Source of the DNA: Takakia lepidozioides
Taxonomy: Eukaryota > Plantae > Bryophyta
Assembly (NCBI GenBank): GCA_030704615.1
Contig: CM060733.1
Location: 40,238,001-40,302,000 of the forward strand
Length of the DNA: 64,000 nucleotides
Reading direction: 5' to 3'
Below, piece after piece: positions 44,728 to 61,541 of this stretch; positions within the stretch are counted from its first letter, which is position 1, and each line of letters begins with the position of its first letter. A model generated the notes under the pieces. The model had not been told where the DNA came from. It worked only from the letters and a program-made list of their open reading frames with translations, and did no database searches. Position numbers and translations under genes: made by a program.

Positions 44728-47446
44728 ATGGCGATGGCGGTGGCTGCACGAGCGCCCGGGAAGGTGATCCTGACTGGAGAGCATGCCGTTGTGCATGGAA
44801 CTGCGGCCGTGGCTGCGGCTCTGGGGCTTTATACCACTGTGTGCATCCAACGTTCCCCTTCTTCAGGTGCTTTGTCAATTCTTGGCTCAACGTCTGTAAG
44901 CTGTCATCATTTTGTCTTGTAGCTTACTGTGTGGCAGCTGCATTTTGGTTAGAGTGTGTGATTGGATGGTATTTTCAGCCCGGTTGTGTAGACCTTGCAA
45001 CAATGTCTACCGGAAAGGAGTTTTTAAGGGAAACTGTAAGCTGTATAGCTTTTTGTTGAATTAACGTGATGTTGTGATTGATTGGGCTCTGCTCTGCCTT
45101 TTGTTGTGCAGGTGCACATGAACTTCTAGTGCTCGATCTCCCAGAGTTGAATGTGCATCTGGAGTGGCACCTCCATCTCTTGAAGGACAGTTTTGACATG
45201 CCTGGCTTACTGGATCCGGATCCGTTGGTTGTCAAGAGCTGTTCAGAATTAACGATGGCCATGCTGGAAAGCTTTGTGGAGGAGGAACTGTCGTCGGAGG
45301 CGGGCAAGGGTGATGTTGCAGGAGTCACTGCGTTCTTGTTTCTTTATGTATCTATTCTCGGGTAAGAAGCCAATTGGATTATTGAGTGTTAGTATGTGTC
45401 TTTTGGTAGAAATGATAAAGAGGGAGAGTGCTTGAAGCTGCCAAGCGGATTAGAGGGAGACACGCAACAGGTGTTTTCTGAAAATTCCAAGACCAGTGTG
45501 TCGTAGTTCAGTAGAGAGGGTCATTTCTGTTGATCTTAAGAACTGCAAATTATAGTATGCTTGGTGTGCAATGTGCTACATACAATGAGACGCTGCTGAA
45601 AGTTAGATTGGAGTTTCGCATACCTCTCAGTGCATTGGTGGTTAACTTGTTTTTTGAGAATCGGCGGCAGCTCATGAATAATCTTGCTAAACCGATGATC
45701 CCAAGGTTAACATGATATGGACAGTAGCATGGATCACTGTTGCACTCACAACGTGAAGTTATGAGACTCAGCCATTTGGAAACTGCTTATCTGGATTGGT
45801 GGGCTGGGCTAACAGGCTCACACTTCAGGTTGCAGCCATTGACAGTGAGGGTGACTTCCGACCTCCCAGTGGGTGCGGGCCTTGGCTCATCTGCAGCATT
45901 CTGTGTGGCTGTGTCAGCAGCTCTATTAACATTGGCTGGTAAGCTGGAGTTGCCACATTGTGAAGTATCCAAAATTGCAGAGCATGGAGAAACTTCACGA
46001 GCAAGTGACTGGCTTGATGTTGATGAGAAAAGGCTGGACTTAGTTAACAAGTGGGCCTTTGAGGGAGAGCGAATCATTCATGGTCGACCGTCTGGCATTG
46101 ACAACAATGTGAGCTCCTTTGGTAAGATTTGCAGCAGCTCCTCATTTGCCTTTCTTGTGATATTTACAAGTCATAATCCAAGGACATTCTTTATTGCATG
46201 ATTACTCCTACCCAAAGCACTTTGGCACTCAATTTGCTGTTGGCCAAAAGCTGTAGACTACTTGGTATAACCTTCATTAATTGGTTAATCCCAGGATCAT
46301 GTGGCTACTATGCCCCCTGGGCTATGTGTTTGAATCTCAATAGGAGTCTTTACGTGCAATGTGTTCTGCCAACATGAGAAGTACTTATAGGTCAAATTCT
46401 ATCTCGGCATCCTGCAAAAGGAATTTCATACGTCAATTGAGATGCATGATCCCACGATTAAGCAAATTTGAATAAATCGTTTGATTGTCCAGGCTACGTG
46501 GTGAAGTTCCAGCAGGGACAGCTGACACGTTTGCATACCCCCATGCCCCTCCGGATGCTTCTCACAAACACAAAAGTGGGTAGAAACACCAAAGCTTTAG
46601 TTGCTGGGGTTGGGCAGCGTGCACTCAAGCATCCAGGTGCCATGGCTGCCATTTTCAAAGCTTTTGATGAAATTGCAGAGGAATTTGTCTCCATCTTGGA
46701 GTCTCCTGCTGCCATGGAGGGACATGATCGCCCACGTGAAATGTCCACTGAAAACGTACCCAAAGGCACAGACAGGTTTGAGAACATCATCAGAAGCAAG
46801 GAGGAGGCAAGGCTCGAGGAGCTGGTTGAGATGAACCAGGGCCTATTACAATGTATTGGGGTCAGTCATCCTTCTATCGATGATATTTGCCACATTACTG
46901 CTGCCTTCAAGTTGCGGTCAAAGCTGACAGGTGCAGGTGGGGGAGGCTGTGTGTTGACGCTTCTGCCACACCGTATCCATTATGACGATGCAATGTCCTT
47001 TGAGTCTATGTTGAGAAATGTATGGAAGTTATTTTATCATGTTTGCAGCCCCTTGAATATATTTCGCTTGGATTCTGTAGTCAGGGGTTTTGTTACACAA
47101 TTTATCAAAGTGGTCAGAATGGCTGGCATATTTTCACATGATTGTATAGACAGTCAGTTTGGTAGCCAACACAAGAATTTCACTACCTCGGCCTTTTCCA
47201 TTTTGAGCATTGTTGTGCAGAGGAGGTCATTGGAGTGTGTCATGTCTACACAGTACGACTCTTTCAATTTCTGTCTTATTGTTCAGCTTTCTGTCTTGTT
47301 TTCTGTCATACTATCCTTGATCACAATCTTCAGACGCAGCATCTGCATTTGTTGAACTGGTGAAAGCTGAACTTGAAGGCAATGGCTTCTCTTGTCTTGA
47401 AGCAGTGATTGGTGGTACTGGGGTCCAAGTCTCTTGCCACACATAG
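44728..47446 (+). CDS. MVK: Mevalonate kinase, 5 exons
   Basis: RAPGKVILTGEHAVVHG, SDLPVGAGLGSSAA, HGRPSGIDN, SKLTGAGGGGC; last exon ends GVQVSCHT* at 47446. Confidence 0.95.
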
Positions 47447-48036
47447 GATAGCAGTAGACTGATTACTATTTATACATGTGGCAATTTTGGGCCTCTTCAT
47501 TGGCTGGCAGATTTGCTTGTATCAACTATGAACTTAATACAACATGGATGGAGCTTCGGAATTCATTGGGCTGGAATTGCAGGTTGTTTCTTTGATTGTT
47601 ATACTTCCAAATTGATGTTCAAGTTTGAGACAAGTTGTTGGTATACAATACCCTAGTCAAGTAGGTTATTTGGCACATTGACCGAGTCTTTCACAGGGAA
47701 AGTTCCAATCACTGTGTACATGGCTCTTTCAAACAAATGTGGAACTAACATATGGAACACCAGGGTTCCCCAGGATGATGCAAATGCATACTCATGCATA
47801 AATTTCACCTTGCCTTTTTTTGAACGACTTTGGCTTGCAATCTTATAACAAAAGGTTGTACAAATCTCAAGAATGTGGGAGAGACTTGCAAAGTCTTCTT
47901 GAATTTTACTGCACCAAAAGGAGATGCACTTGCCAGCCACTGCAACTCTATGCAACCCACTGCAATTCTGCAATCGCAGTGGCTCATCCACAAGACATCA
48001 CAGCAAGTGTCTAACGTACTGCATAGGGAGAAACAA

Positions 48037-50240
<2,204 letters not shown>

Positions 50241-50712
50241 GGTTGACGATTCTTGTGGGTGAGTGGCCTGCTGCCCAGGAACAGAGCTTGGAGCACAGCG
50301 ACCAGCGATGGCGGCAAGCGACCGAAAGAGAGATAGAGTTCTCTGAGTTGCCCTTTTCTTCTTCGCCAACCCTAAAACCCAGGCCTGCAAAGGTTGGTGT
50401 AGAGCCACCAAACCTAGTTCCTAAGCTACAACTTGACTAACCCGGGCCTACATTCTTGGCATGGATGGTTCTAACCTAGTTACGAGACGTAACGACCAAC
50501 GGTATTGTGGTGTCTTCACCCTGGGACATCCTCCTCGCACTTCAGGGAGGAAGCGCAGGGAAGAAACTCGCACACATCTGTCGGATTCATGCGGGGAAAT
50601 AAGTGTTAGCGAACATACTTGACCTCCGTTACATCTCTCGAGAAGTGTACTTTCTTGTGCATTAAATTGTGTGTCAGATTCAAAGTGTGGAAAGGTTTTA
50701 AATCAGGATTTT

Positions 50713-53415
50713 ATGGCCACGAGGACGACGATTCCGCAGGAGAAGGATGTCAAGGTGTGTGTTGTGGGTCCAACGGGTTGTGGAAAGACTACCATCACTC
50801 GGGCTATGGCCGATTGGAATCCCAAGACCGAACGCTATGCTCCCACTGCTGGGGTCAGGCAAGGCACAGTTTAGACTCCACTTTATTCTAGTTGATCATT
50901 CATGTTAAACCAGATAGTTTCAATTAAAAGCTGTGCTTTGGATTGTTTGAAATTTTCAGGAAAGATTTGAAGCCGTTCATAGAAGTGAAACGCATTTGTG
51001 GAGAACCAGTCAGAGACAAAATGTGGGATTCAGATGAGATGATTCCTTATGGTCACTTGGAACCAGACCACACATATGCTGCAATGTACTCGTGAAGAGT
51101 AGATTAGCCCGGATTTCTCCTGAAATTGCTGCTGGAAGTCTCCCACACAGAACAAGTCATAGGATCCCTGGAACGAAATTGTGTCCAAAATTCGTAACAT
51201 AAATCCCTGTGTAGTGATGCATATAAAAGATGAAATTGTCACAGTTGAAGTTACAATTCAAGAAGGCGATCAGGGCTGGACCACTCACGGAAGGGCCTTG
51301 CTATTAAGGATAAACACATTTTCAAGGTGAAAATGCTCACAATGACCCATCTTTCTGACGCAATTTCTGCATCTTCATTGTTAATCCGATGACAAAATCT
51401 TGGGAAGAAATAGGGTTCCACTTGGCACAGGATACAGGAAGTGGAGAGGAAGATAGCCAAAAGTGTACACATGTGGGCTGTGCAGCTCTGGGATTGCTCG
51501 GGTGATGCCAGGTATGGCTGTAGTTTTGTCACTTCTGCCCTCGAATATTAGCCCCTTGCTTACAAATTCCTGCTCATTCACAGCACCTCAATTGAGACAA
51601 TCTGAAAAGGTATTTGTGGAAATTGGTTAATCAATATTTGTGAAGAGGGACTGATCTGGCGGTGGGTAGGTTATGGGCTGCCTACGACTTGTAATGAACT
51701 ATTTGCATCATGTTCGACTGAGTGCTTTGATAAAAAGATTTTCGAAGTAGCTGGGCATACTGGCCACTTTGAATTTTGTGGGTATGCATAAAGCTCACAA
51801 CAGTTGTGCAGATTCCAAGACTGTTGGCCAGCAATGGCTAAGGATGCCCACGGCCTTTTTCTGGTGTATAATGTGGATGCTTCAGAGAGCAACCAGCAGG
51901 AGCTTGAGAGATGGTACACCTGCGGGCCTGTCACCCTTCTCTTCAAACAATTTGATGGTTGCACTCTGCATTTTCAGAATCGTACAAAATTGAAATTGTG
52001 GATTGTGGTTTCTCCTAGGGTAAGTAATTCGACTGATTATTTTGGTTGAAATTGGAATCTCTCCTCTTGAGCGTAGGTTTGTCCAGTATATAGCACCCAA
52101 GACGTGGAGAGAGAACATCATTCTTTCTCTTGTACCCTAATATCACCAGATCAGGTGCATCTGGGTGTCTTTCTTAGAGAAACCTCTCCTTGGTAGAGAG
52201 GCCTCCAGCTATGAGGTACCGAAGTGCATAGCAGCTTGCAAGTGTCACAGCGACGTTTGGCTATTTTTTGATATGCGCTTCTAGTTTCTGTAGTTTTATC
52301 CTGGTCTATAGTCTATATAGCTCTTACTGGTTTTGTTCGTTACCCAATGCTGTGCCATAGGTCTTTGGACTTTTTTTGTGGACGTTTTTAAGGCTTTTCT
52401 CTCTCTCTCTCTCTCTCTCCTACCCAGGCGAAGCCATATCTCGCAAGCTCTTTGTCACAGAGGTAATTCGTTGCGAGGATCAGTATCATAGTTGCTTTAG
52501 GGCTGTTGGGTGCTCGATCTTGTTTCATGCTTTCTCGTCCCAGAAGCTCCTGGAGCTTTCTCATCATTTCATTTCATTTCTCTTTTGTCCACCCCACACA
52601 TATAGACAGAGCGTGGGCGGGGTCTTCCTGGAGTATGGACGCCAGCTCCCTGTACAACGTTTTATTTTTCTGATACAAGAGAAGTCCATGTGGAGACTGA
52701 ATCACACTATACTGATTATTATGTAGGTACAAGCTGTTTGCCCTTCCAAACAAGCTGGCAGTTTCAGCATGTCACATCTTTGGAATAAGCATGTCTGGTG
52801 ACAATCTGCAATGTGCGAGCACCAGTGAGTACTGTTTGTCAAAGTCTTTTTATGGCCTGAAACACGTGTGACTATCTTGATAGTGTCTGGATTAATGAGC
52901 GTCTCTGGTTTAGCCAGAAATGACTAGTAGACTTCGATCTGTTGAGCTCTTGCCGTTGATCCTGGGTCCGTTTTACATGAGCAGTTTTAATGTCCACAAT
53001 TGCTTTGCTTTGTCAGCTCTTCAATCAAAACTCAATCAGCAATGTAACCAGACTATTCTGGCTTGCGGAAGCACACTGTTACTTTTTAAGCTGAGCTTCA
53101 TACCTTGGTGCTCATGGGTGCTCAAGGGTGGTTTAGCAATCCAGAGGGACTATGCCTCAGGGATGCATCATTGCTAACACTTAAACTCCAGGAGCGGACA
53201 TGGGATTGTTCTTGCCACAGTCATTGGTCCTCACGAATCCAGCTCTATTTGTTGTGTATTTGAAAATGGTGATGGGCTTATGTGTAGGTCGATTGGAGGG
53301 TAAACTGCACGGCATCAGTCATCAGATTGTGTCCATAGATGATGGCCAGTTGCAAGAGCAGCTATATAATGCTTTGGACTCTATTCTGGCTGTTATTGAC
53401 AGCAAAGAGCCTTGA
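50713..53415 (+). CDS. IFT22: Intraflagellar transport protein 22 (RABL5-like small GTPase), 5 exons
   Basis: VVGPTGCGKT, YAPTAGVR/IQE, QLWDCSGD, R/FQDCWPAM, LFLVYN, ELERW/Y; no canonical G4 motif; exons 50713-50858, 51431-51511, 51812-51913, 52727-52824, 53288-53415. Confidence 0.88.
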
Positions 53416-55568
53416 GGGAGCCGTTGTTCCATGCCCCTCGAACTGTTAAGTTACAGTACTGTATTGCTGGAGAGGGAGAAAGCACTTCTCTGGTGATAGC
53501 GAGGTTTGGGGGCTTAGTCTTGTTGCCATCTAACTTGCTTCATACAGGCCCTCCAGTGAGTGACTATCTCAGTATTGAGCACCCAAGTGTCCCCATTGGA
53601 ATGTTTTCAGAGGAGATTCTAGAGTCCTCCTTATCGAGTTGGAGATGAATCTAATCTGTTTTTCCAACACATGCTTCCAAACTTGCAGGCTAATCTTTCA
53701 TTGGGGAGAAGGCAGTTTAGATTGGGTTATGCAGATGGCAAGAGACCTAGTAACCTATTACGGTGTAGATGAAAACGCATGGATACGTTGTGTGTTAGAT
53801 GTTAGATGATACTTAAGACATCTGATGTAAAGCATCATATGTGAATTGCATACTGGTGTAAGATTCAATTTCTAATTCTTAGATTTTGAATAGCTCAATG
53901 AGCAATTTGCTTCCCAGTGAAGGTTTCTAGAACAAAATGTCTAGTTTAAATGTGTCAGGAGGTGTAGATAATTTGTAGATGGAATTCTTCTGGCAGTTTT
54001 GCAAGGGTCTTGCAACTATAGAGTGCACTGATAAGCTAATTATCGCAATTGCGGGAAGAAGCAGTACTGAGAATAGAGTTTGAACAAGACAAACTGATTT
54101 ACAGTGTGCATTAAAATAGATGTTGGAATTTGTTCATCACGTTCTCTAAAGAAGTGTCGTGTTACTAGGAACAATCGTCTCAAAATTGTACGATTGATGA
54201 AGGCCCCTTTAGTAACTGACACATGTTAGTTTGGAGCATGATCACCATGATCAAGCATAGAGTCATTATGAGTAGAGTGCATTATGGTGGATTCAGGTAA
54301 GCATACCGTTATAGATTAGTGAACTACTACGTACTAGTAATAGAGTTTAGTAAGTGTATTCATTAACACAAACATATGACATGTGAAATGCTTAAATTTG
54401 ATAATAACGGATCATTAATGATTTTTAAGGGAATTATCATATAAATTCTTTGAATGAAGTCACCATGACAGATTCCAATGAGATTCACCAATCCATAGCA
54501 CAGTTAACTGATGTTTCCAGAATAAGAGTAAAGGTGACACTTTATCAATGACTTTCAAACTCATTCCTCAGTCTCAAATTGAACCATCATATAGAGATTT
54601 GACTGGAATCGTTATCATGTCAAATTTGCAACAAATATTCTCAGACTACATCTTTGACCTTTCCGACTTTCATTGACATTCTAATATCATAACCGATACT
54701 TATATGATCTGCACGGGCATTTACAAGTAAAATCTTTAATTACATGATTGAGTGAAAAGTCTAGCAGCCTATGATACTTCACAAAAACAATGCAATGGTT
54801 TAGGGAATTACATGCATCCTCAGCCTCAAAATTCCCGTTCTGTGTTCGGATCCATTCATCTTTAATGCCATATGAAATGAAAAATCTGCAAAATATACCT
54901 CAAGACTCTCACCTTTCGAATTACTTTGGCACATATATAAGAGATTTGAAGTGGCGGGCATACAAGTACACATTACATGTTGTGGAAGGTGTTTGGTCTT
55001 TCACAACCCTCCACATTGCACTAGTCCGGAGCGGTGTACATACGCCAAGATCATGTGTGCAATGACATGTTTGCATAGTCTAGATAGTTGTTATCATTTT
55101 CTAACATATTTTTCATCATCTCATTCTCCCGTACAAACAATCATTGTCGTGCGCATACATATCGCTACACAACTACATCGCTGTCCAAAACCACACAACA
55201 CATGTGCACACCACACACTAATATACCACTAGTCCAACCACTAGGCTACAACTAGTCAGTCACTAGGCTGCCACTATGCTGCCCACTATGGCAGTCACTA
55301 GTCCACACAATCGCCCCCTAGCTGGTGCTTAGGTCCCTCTAAGTTCAGGTAGCCACAAGATGTGATAGTTACCATAGCCTCACCAAGTCCTCCACCACTG
55401 TCCCTATTACACTCAAACTCGATAGATCAAGAGGCTGGGTGCAAGAGTTGCCCCATTGTTAGTTGCTGTCTTGCAACCTGTGAACTTGAGCTTGGGATCT
55501 CGTGTATTGACTCCTATGAGCTTGGCCTCCCATGTCTTGTTAGCTGCCTCCAGTCATGTCCACTGCCA

Positions 55569-58500
55569 CTATCCCAAGCAGTGTGGACACAACCAATCTC
55601 CGTCAGGAACCTTCTCAAGAGGTGGTGTCAAGCATCCCATATGCCAACCCCTTGAGCATCGATCACACACCAGCATGGTGGCTGCCCCTTGGCAGACCCA
55701 CAGAGCATGCACCTCAAACCTGCAGGTACCACTGCCAAGTTTGGGTCAACTCTGCCATCGACATTGGGAAGGTGACATGACGCACAATTACGCACATGAT
55801 CCTTCCAAGTCATGCCATCCCGACCCTCCAAGATCAGGACTTATGATGGCAACACCTCTCGAACCCTCAGAATAACACGCCCTGCAGTGACATCTAGGGT
55901 CGTAGGAGCAGTCTGCTGCAAATAAACATAGTTACCAAGGCTAAACCTCCGAACCCCAGGACGATATCCTCCACCACGTATAGTGGCATACCTCAACGTA
56001 TCACGGTGCTGTGCAATGGCAAGGTTCTCAAAGCCATGGGCATGACTTTCTTGAACAACTCTGCACGCTGATCACATGCACGTACCCACACGTTCGGATC
56101 ATCAAGGTTAATGATTTGAGCAGTGTCCCTACGAATGGCTGCAGGCAAATCCGGCTCTCGACCAAAGAGAAGGAAATATGGTGAGAAAGATGCAAGTGAT
56201 GCTTGTTTGCTGACCCTGCAGCCCATGGCTAACCAAGGCACCTGAAGATCCCAATCTCCTAGGTGTCCTTTCTGCAAGCCATACTTGCGCAAACCCCTCT
56301 TCACCGTCTAAACAACTTTCTCTGCAAAGCCATCGGCCTCAGGATGATCCCGAGAAGTCGTGCGGTGGTCTATCAAGGCTTTATCACACAAAGCCTAAAA
56401 CTCCCCCAAGAACTCTCTCCCTTGGTCGTGAGTACCTCAGCTGGAGCACCGAATCGGCTAAGCACACAATCCAAGAATGCATACGCAGCCCCCTCACTAG
56501 CCTTGTCAGGCAATGGAACCAACTCAATCCACTTGGAGAAGTGCTCCACCATAACCAACACATATCTGTGGTTGCGCATAGTCAGTGGCAACGGTCCTAC
56601 GAAGTCAAGACTCCACTTGTAGCCCAATCCCATGATTGGTAAAGGATGCAACTGTGGTGTAGGGGCGTTGAATGAAGCACGCACCCTGTCACACACCATG
56701 CATCTAGCCACGAACTGCTGCACCTCTGTATGCATACCACGCCACCAATACTGCCCCTGCAGTAAACTATGAGTGTGTCGCACTCCAAAATGCCCCAACT
56801 CCTCATGGGCATGCCGCACTAACCGTGCACGCTGTGTGGGGTGAGGCACAATCCTCACCCGACCATCCTCCCATACTCGGAGCAGGTGTATCCCATCCCA
56901 CTTAAACCTCTTGGCTCGTTGCAGGATCCGATCCCTCTCATTGGCAGTCACAGTGGCTGCCATGTCTCCAGTACGGAGGTAGTCCAACACAGCCGAATCC
57001 TCATGTATATCTCTGGTACCACCTGGCTCATCACTAGCCTTAGGGTCCTCAGACACTCCGTCTATAGTCATCCCTGTTGTAGGTCCAACCTGACCTCCCA
57101 GAGATCTTGAGTCCTCATCTGAATCAAAAACCTCTCCATGTCACTGTATCTATAGGGTCTCCGAAAGATTGGCGTGTCAGTGGCCAACTCAATATGGATC
57201 TCTTGACCCTTCAGTGCTCCCAAGTCCTTCAAACTGAAGGCAAAACAATTCCTGTAAGCCCTCAGGAACCACCGTATATGTCGTCTCTCTCCTCCGGTGA
57301 CAATGGGTCCAATGTCAGGCTCCCAATTGTCCTCCGTAACTACAACCTTAAGTCAAGTGGGCTTAGAGGTAGAGGACGCATCCAGTGGTTGCTATGTTGC
57401 AACTTCATGAGCAGTACTCCCTACCTGCTCAGTCAATGACAAGGCCTCATCTTGCCCCATCATCTAATCCTCGAGGACTTCCTCAACCTGAGAAAAATCC
57501 CCAGCCTCATCTATCACCGCTACCTTGGCTGCCAACTCCCTCTGAACCTCGAGCACCTCCCACGTGTGCCATGGATGCCTACATCCCGTGGTCCTCACAT
57601 GCTCGCCCCCACTCACTGCCTGTACCGTCTCGGTAGGCAGAGAGACCGGCGAGGGAAGTGTACTCCACACTCTGCGTTGCTCAGCCATAGCCAAGCTGAT
57701 AATGCAGGTCAAGCAATTGAGATCCATTGCTTGCCCCAACAACTGACGACGTGCTGCCTCAGAAAGAGACGACACCGCCGTGGTACCAGTGGTAAAACCC
57801 ATTGCCCGCTCACGCTCATCAGCATTAGGCTCCACTAACTGCTGCACAACTGAGCATCCCACAGGAGGCCAGGTCCACAATCCCGGAAAGCATGCGATCC
57901 TAGGAAGCTGAGCAGTGTAGGTAATGCTGCTCGTGGTTAATCCACCTTGTTGACCACTGCCAAAGGCGAACGGTCATCGTGTCTCACACACTGAGACTGC
58001 CTCCCTGTGTCCATAATGCTATCCACTGTGAGATGTGCTGGCCGCTGCACCCCATCAAATGCACGCTTGAGCAGTGCGGGTGACATCAAGTTAGTCCACC
58101 ATAGCCGTGGACGATGAGCCCGTGACCCCACTGTAACTGCATCTAACAACACTGCTGACCCAAGCCACGACCGGACTTGATGCACACTGGCCATCATCCT
58201 GGCCCGAGAATCGCCCATCAGTGGCACATTCTCCAAGATGTATGCTGGAGATACAACTTGATGAAGCTGCAAGTGGCGCAAAACCCGCACCATCTCCCAA
58301 AACAGACCTGATCTGGAGTCTCGCAATCCATTGCCATGCCTGGCTGATGAATGCTCTTGGCAGGGCCAACTTGCCACTACCAGATTAATGGAGCCAACCC
58401 GCTCCAAATCCTGCGCCCGCAGCAACGAAATGTCTGCGGGCAAGGTATGTTGATATCCACGAACTGCAGCCACCGGCAACAACTCAGGGTACCGCTGCAC

Positions 58501-61500
58501 CAACTGAGCAACATGACGAAGTGAAACGCGTCATGCAGTCTCATCCTTCTCCACATACAGGTAACGCCGAACTCGTACACCTGCCTATAACACAGCAGCC
58601 AATCTAGTGCTGATCCCGCCAAACAAGTCTAGAAGACAAATGCCTTCATCCGGATACTGCCACACAATAGTGTGGTGTCCAATGGAGACAACTGAGGTGG
58701 TCCTGGTGCAATCCCCGCACTCTCCTCCTCTCCTGATGGTACAAAAGCCTCGACCCAGGCTTGTTGCACCCGTCGATCAACAACCCGCTGCAAATCCTTG
58801 CTCGTTTCCCACAATGGAGTCCGAGCAACCATGGCAGGCAACTCCGCCATATCATACATGTCATCCTGTTCTCCTGGAGGTATGTCATCCTCTGAATGAG
58901 CGTTTCCCTCCAGCGACTCTCCAGGCCAAGTCACTGTAGCTGTGAATGCTGCTAGTGTCGACATCTTGCCCCGCTGGGCAACCGCAACTCCTCCTATAAA
59001 CGTCACAGGGAGCTGCACACACCGGCCCTCCCCTGACTGCCATCCAGGCCTATAGGAAGCTGAGTCCTCCCAAAAATCTAGGGTGAAGCCCATGGGGTAC
59101 AACATTGCCCCACCAACCAGGACATCATACGAGACCGCGTCAATGGCCTTGGCTCGCATCACTGAGCCATCCGTAGGGTGATCCGGCCGTAGTCTGATAG
59201 CCAACTCACGCCGTGTCATGCCCCGAGTCTGCTCCGATCCTCCCAGAGACGTCTGTATCTGGAAAGAACAAGGCTCTATATCCGTCTTCGTGAGGCCCAA
59301 GCCTATAATAGCAGCTCTGCCCAGCATCAATGGCTGAGCTCCTGAGTCCAACAAGACCCGTAGTGGCCGGTACCTCTTGCCTGCCAGTCCACTCAAACAG
59401 AAAATGCCATCCTGGTTGTCTAACATGACAACTCCAGGTGTCACCATGGCGCGCTCAATGGCTGGCCTAGCTGACAGCTCCATCAACTTGGCAGCTGCAG
59501 CTTGCCATGGCGCCTGCCATGGCAGTCTTGATCCTCAAATCCAAGGATCCCTCCGGCACTACACCTCCCACTATCTCCGAAGAAGATGAAGTAACCTCCC
59601 CACTCTCACAGAGTGTAGCTGCCAGCCTGAACACCTCAGCTGGTCTTACCCCCGGCGACGCAACCATGGTAGCCGAGAACAATGGAGCCTGACACACAGA
59701 TGTGGCCGGTCCCAGCAGCACACTAGCTGCCGTAGCCTTGGCAACATTAGGTAGTGATGCTACCCGTGTAGCTCTCCCCAATGGCGTAGTAACCTCCGCC
59801 TCGGTAACCGTCGGGCGAGAACTAGGTGCCATGGATGACGTCGACACTGTCTTCGCCAATGTGAATGACTGAGGGAGCCTAGCCTGACAGCTTGCCTCCC
59901 CATGCTGTGGATCCAACTCCACCTCTGCACCTCGTGGCTCAGGAACTCGTGCTGCTCCTCGAGTCACGGCTGCAGCAGACTCCACCTGCACTAGTGGTAG
60001 TGCTGATGCGCACATGAATCCCTTGCCTCCCATATCTCCTCGAGGTGGACCATCCGGCCTTGAAGCCGGTACCACCTGAGCTGTAGCCATGGCAGCGAGC
60101 CTCTGCTCTAGTTGCTGAAGCCGGTTGGCCATGCCTTGGTCAACACCCTGACCTCCGCGTCCTTGGCCATGTTGAGCTCGCCCTTGGCCTACACCCCGTG
60201 CCTAGCCACCTCGTCCTCTTTGGGCTGCTCCCCCTCGCCCCCGGCCACCATTGTTCCCTTGGAACTAGCCTGGGCGCAATTCGGGATGCAAAACCATAAC
60301 ACTGGGCCTCTCCATGCCCGTGCTTACCACAATGCCCACACTGCAACTATGCAGGCTGTGCATGTGCCGGCCCTTTGCCTCCCTCTGGACAATCCTTCTT
60401 GACGTGGGGTCCTCCACATGTCCAACACACCACATCCGCCCGTTGTTGGCCTGCAAATGAAGGGAGAGACCCCTGCATATGAGGTCCTGTCTGCCCTTCC
60501 CTGAGCTTCACCTGAGCCCTCTTGTTGCCTTGAACACGTTGAGGTAGTGGTTGGCTAGAAGCACCACTATCCCGTGGTGTCTCCTTAGCAAATCCCACAT
60601 GATCACTAGTTCTTCCACCATGTTGAGTTCTATCCGCTCTGCCAGCAAAAACACATTTGCTAAGGTGGGTTGGGCCGCTTGTAGGAGAGTTACATCCCGC
60701 ACCCTTCTCCTCAGCTCCTTGTCCAATATCCCATACCAGAATTGGACTGCCTGAGCTTCCGTAACCCCTTGTGCCTCATGCGAGTGAAAGCCTCCCTCAA
60801 GCTCTCAGTAGGCTTCTGTTGGAACTCTTGCAAGCTCCGCAACTTCTCTGTCCTCACCCCTTGGTAGTTCCTTCTCAACTCTTCGAAGAACTCCACAACA
60901 GGGTTGAAGGCAGGCACGGGTACTGGTGCTGGTGCGGTAGTGGCTTGGGTGGATGTCGTAGCTATAGTACCACCAGTCCTACTAGTCCCACTGCTGCTTG
61001 CTGAAGCTGCTGGTGCAGCGGCAGGTGTAGCCACTGCCCTGGTGACTCTAGTGCCCCTAGTGATGGAGAGATAGTCGGGTGACCAGTATATCCTCCACTC
61101 CTCGATCTCAACCTCATGCCCCCGCCTGAACTCATGGTAATCATCCATAGGTGGCCCCTAAAGGTGCTGAAACAGCCCCTTCCATGCCATGAAAGGCGTA
61201 AATAGTTGTGGATTGCGCATTTGCTGCAAATCACACCAACTATCAAACTCTTGGATAAAATCATCCAACTCGATGGTGCCCACCGCCCCAGAGTACCTTC
61301 GTGGCCCCTTGGTAGCTCCATACATCTCCTCCATTGTGTCCTACAACAATGGCAAGGAAACAACTTGCACCGCCGGTATGAGTTCTCCTGATTCACAATC
61401 CGAATCAGAACCTTCCGTAGAAGACACAAGAGGTGAAGGTGGCCTAAACCGCACACCTCGTCTCGTGTACCCACTAGTATCGCTAGTGCTCAAACCGGCA

Positions 61501-61541
61501 CTGTCCCCAGCAACTAGTGGTACCTCCGTGTTGACACTCAA
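55569..61541 (-). pseudogene. gag-protease-DNMT-(RT deleted)-integrase-PHD polyprotein of copy 2 (frameshifted)
   Basis: RVLLDSGAQ (~59350); DNMT ~57690-58645 with ASWPCQ, ENV, RAHRPRLWWTN, RRQLLGQAMD; integrase ORF 56373-57071; PHD ~55575-55710. Confidence 0.9.

Noticed and set aside
17787-47446. Two GHMP kinases (GALK, MVK) as a metabolic cluster or local duplication
   Set aside because: Anciently diverged paralogs in unrelated pathways, separated by unrelated genes; proximity is probably chance
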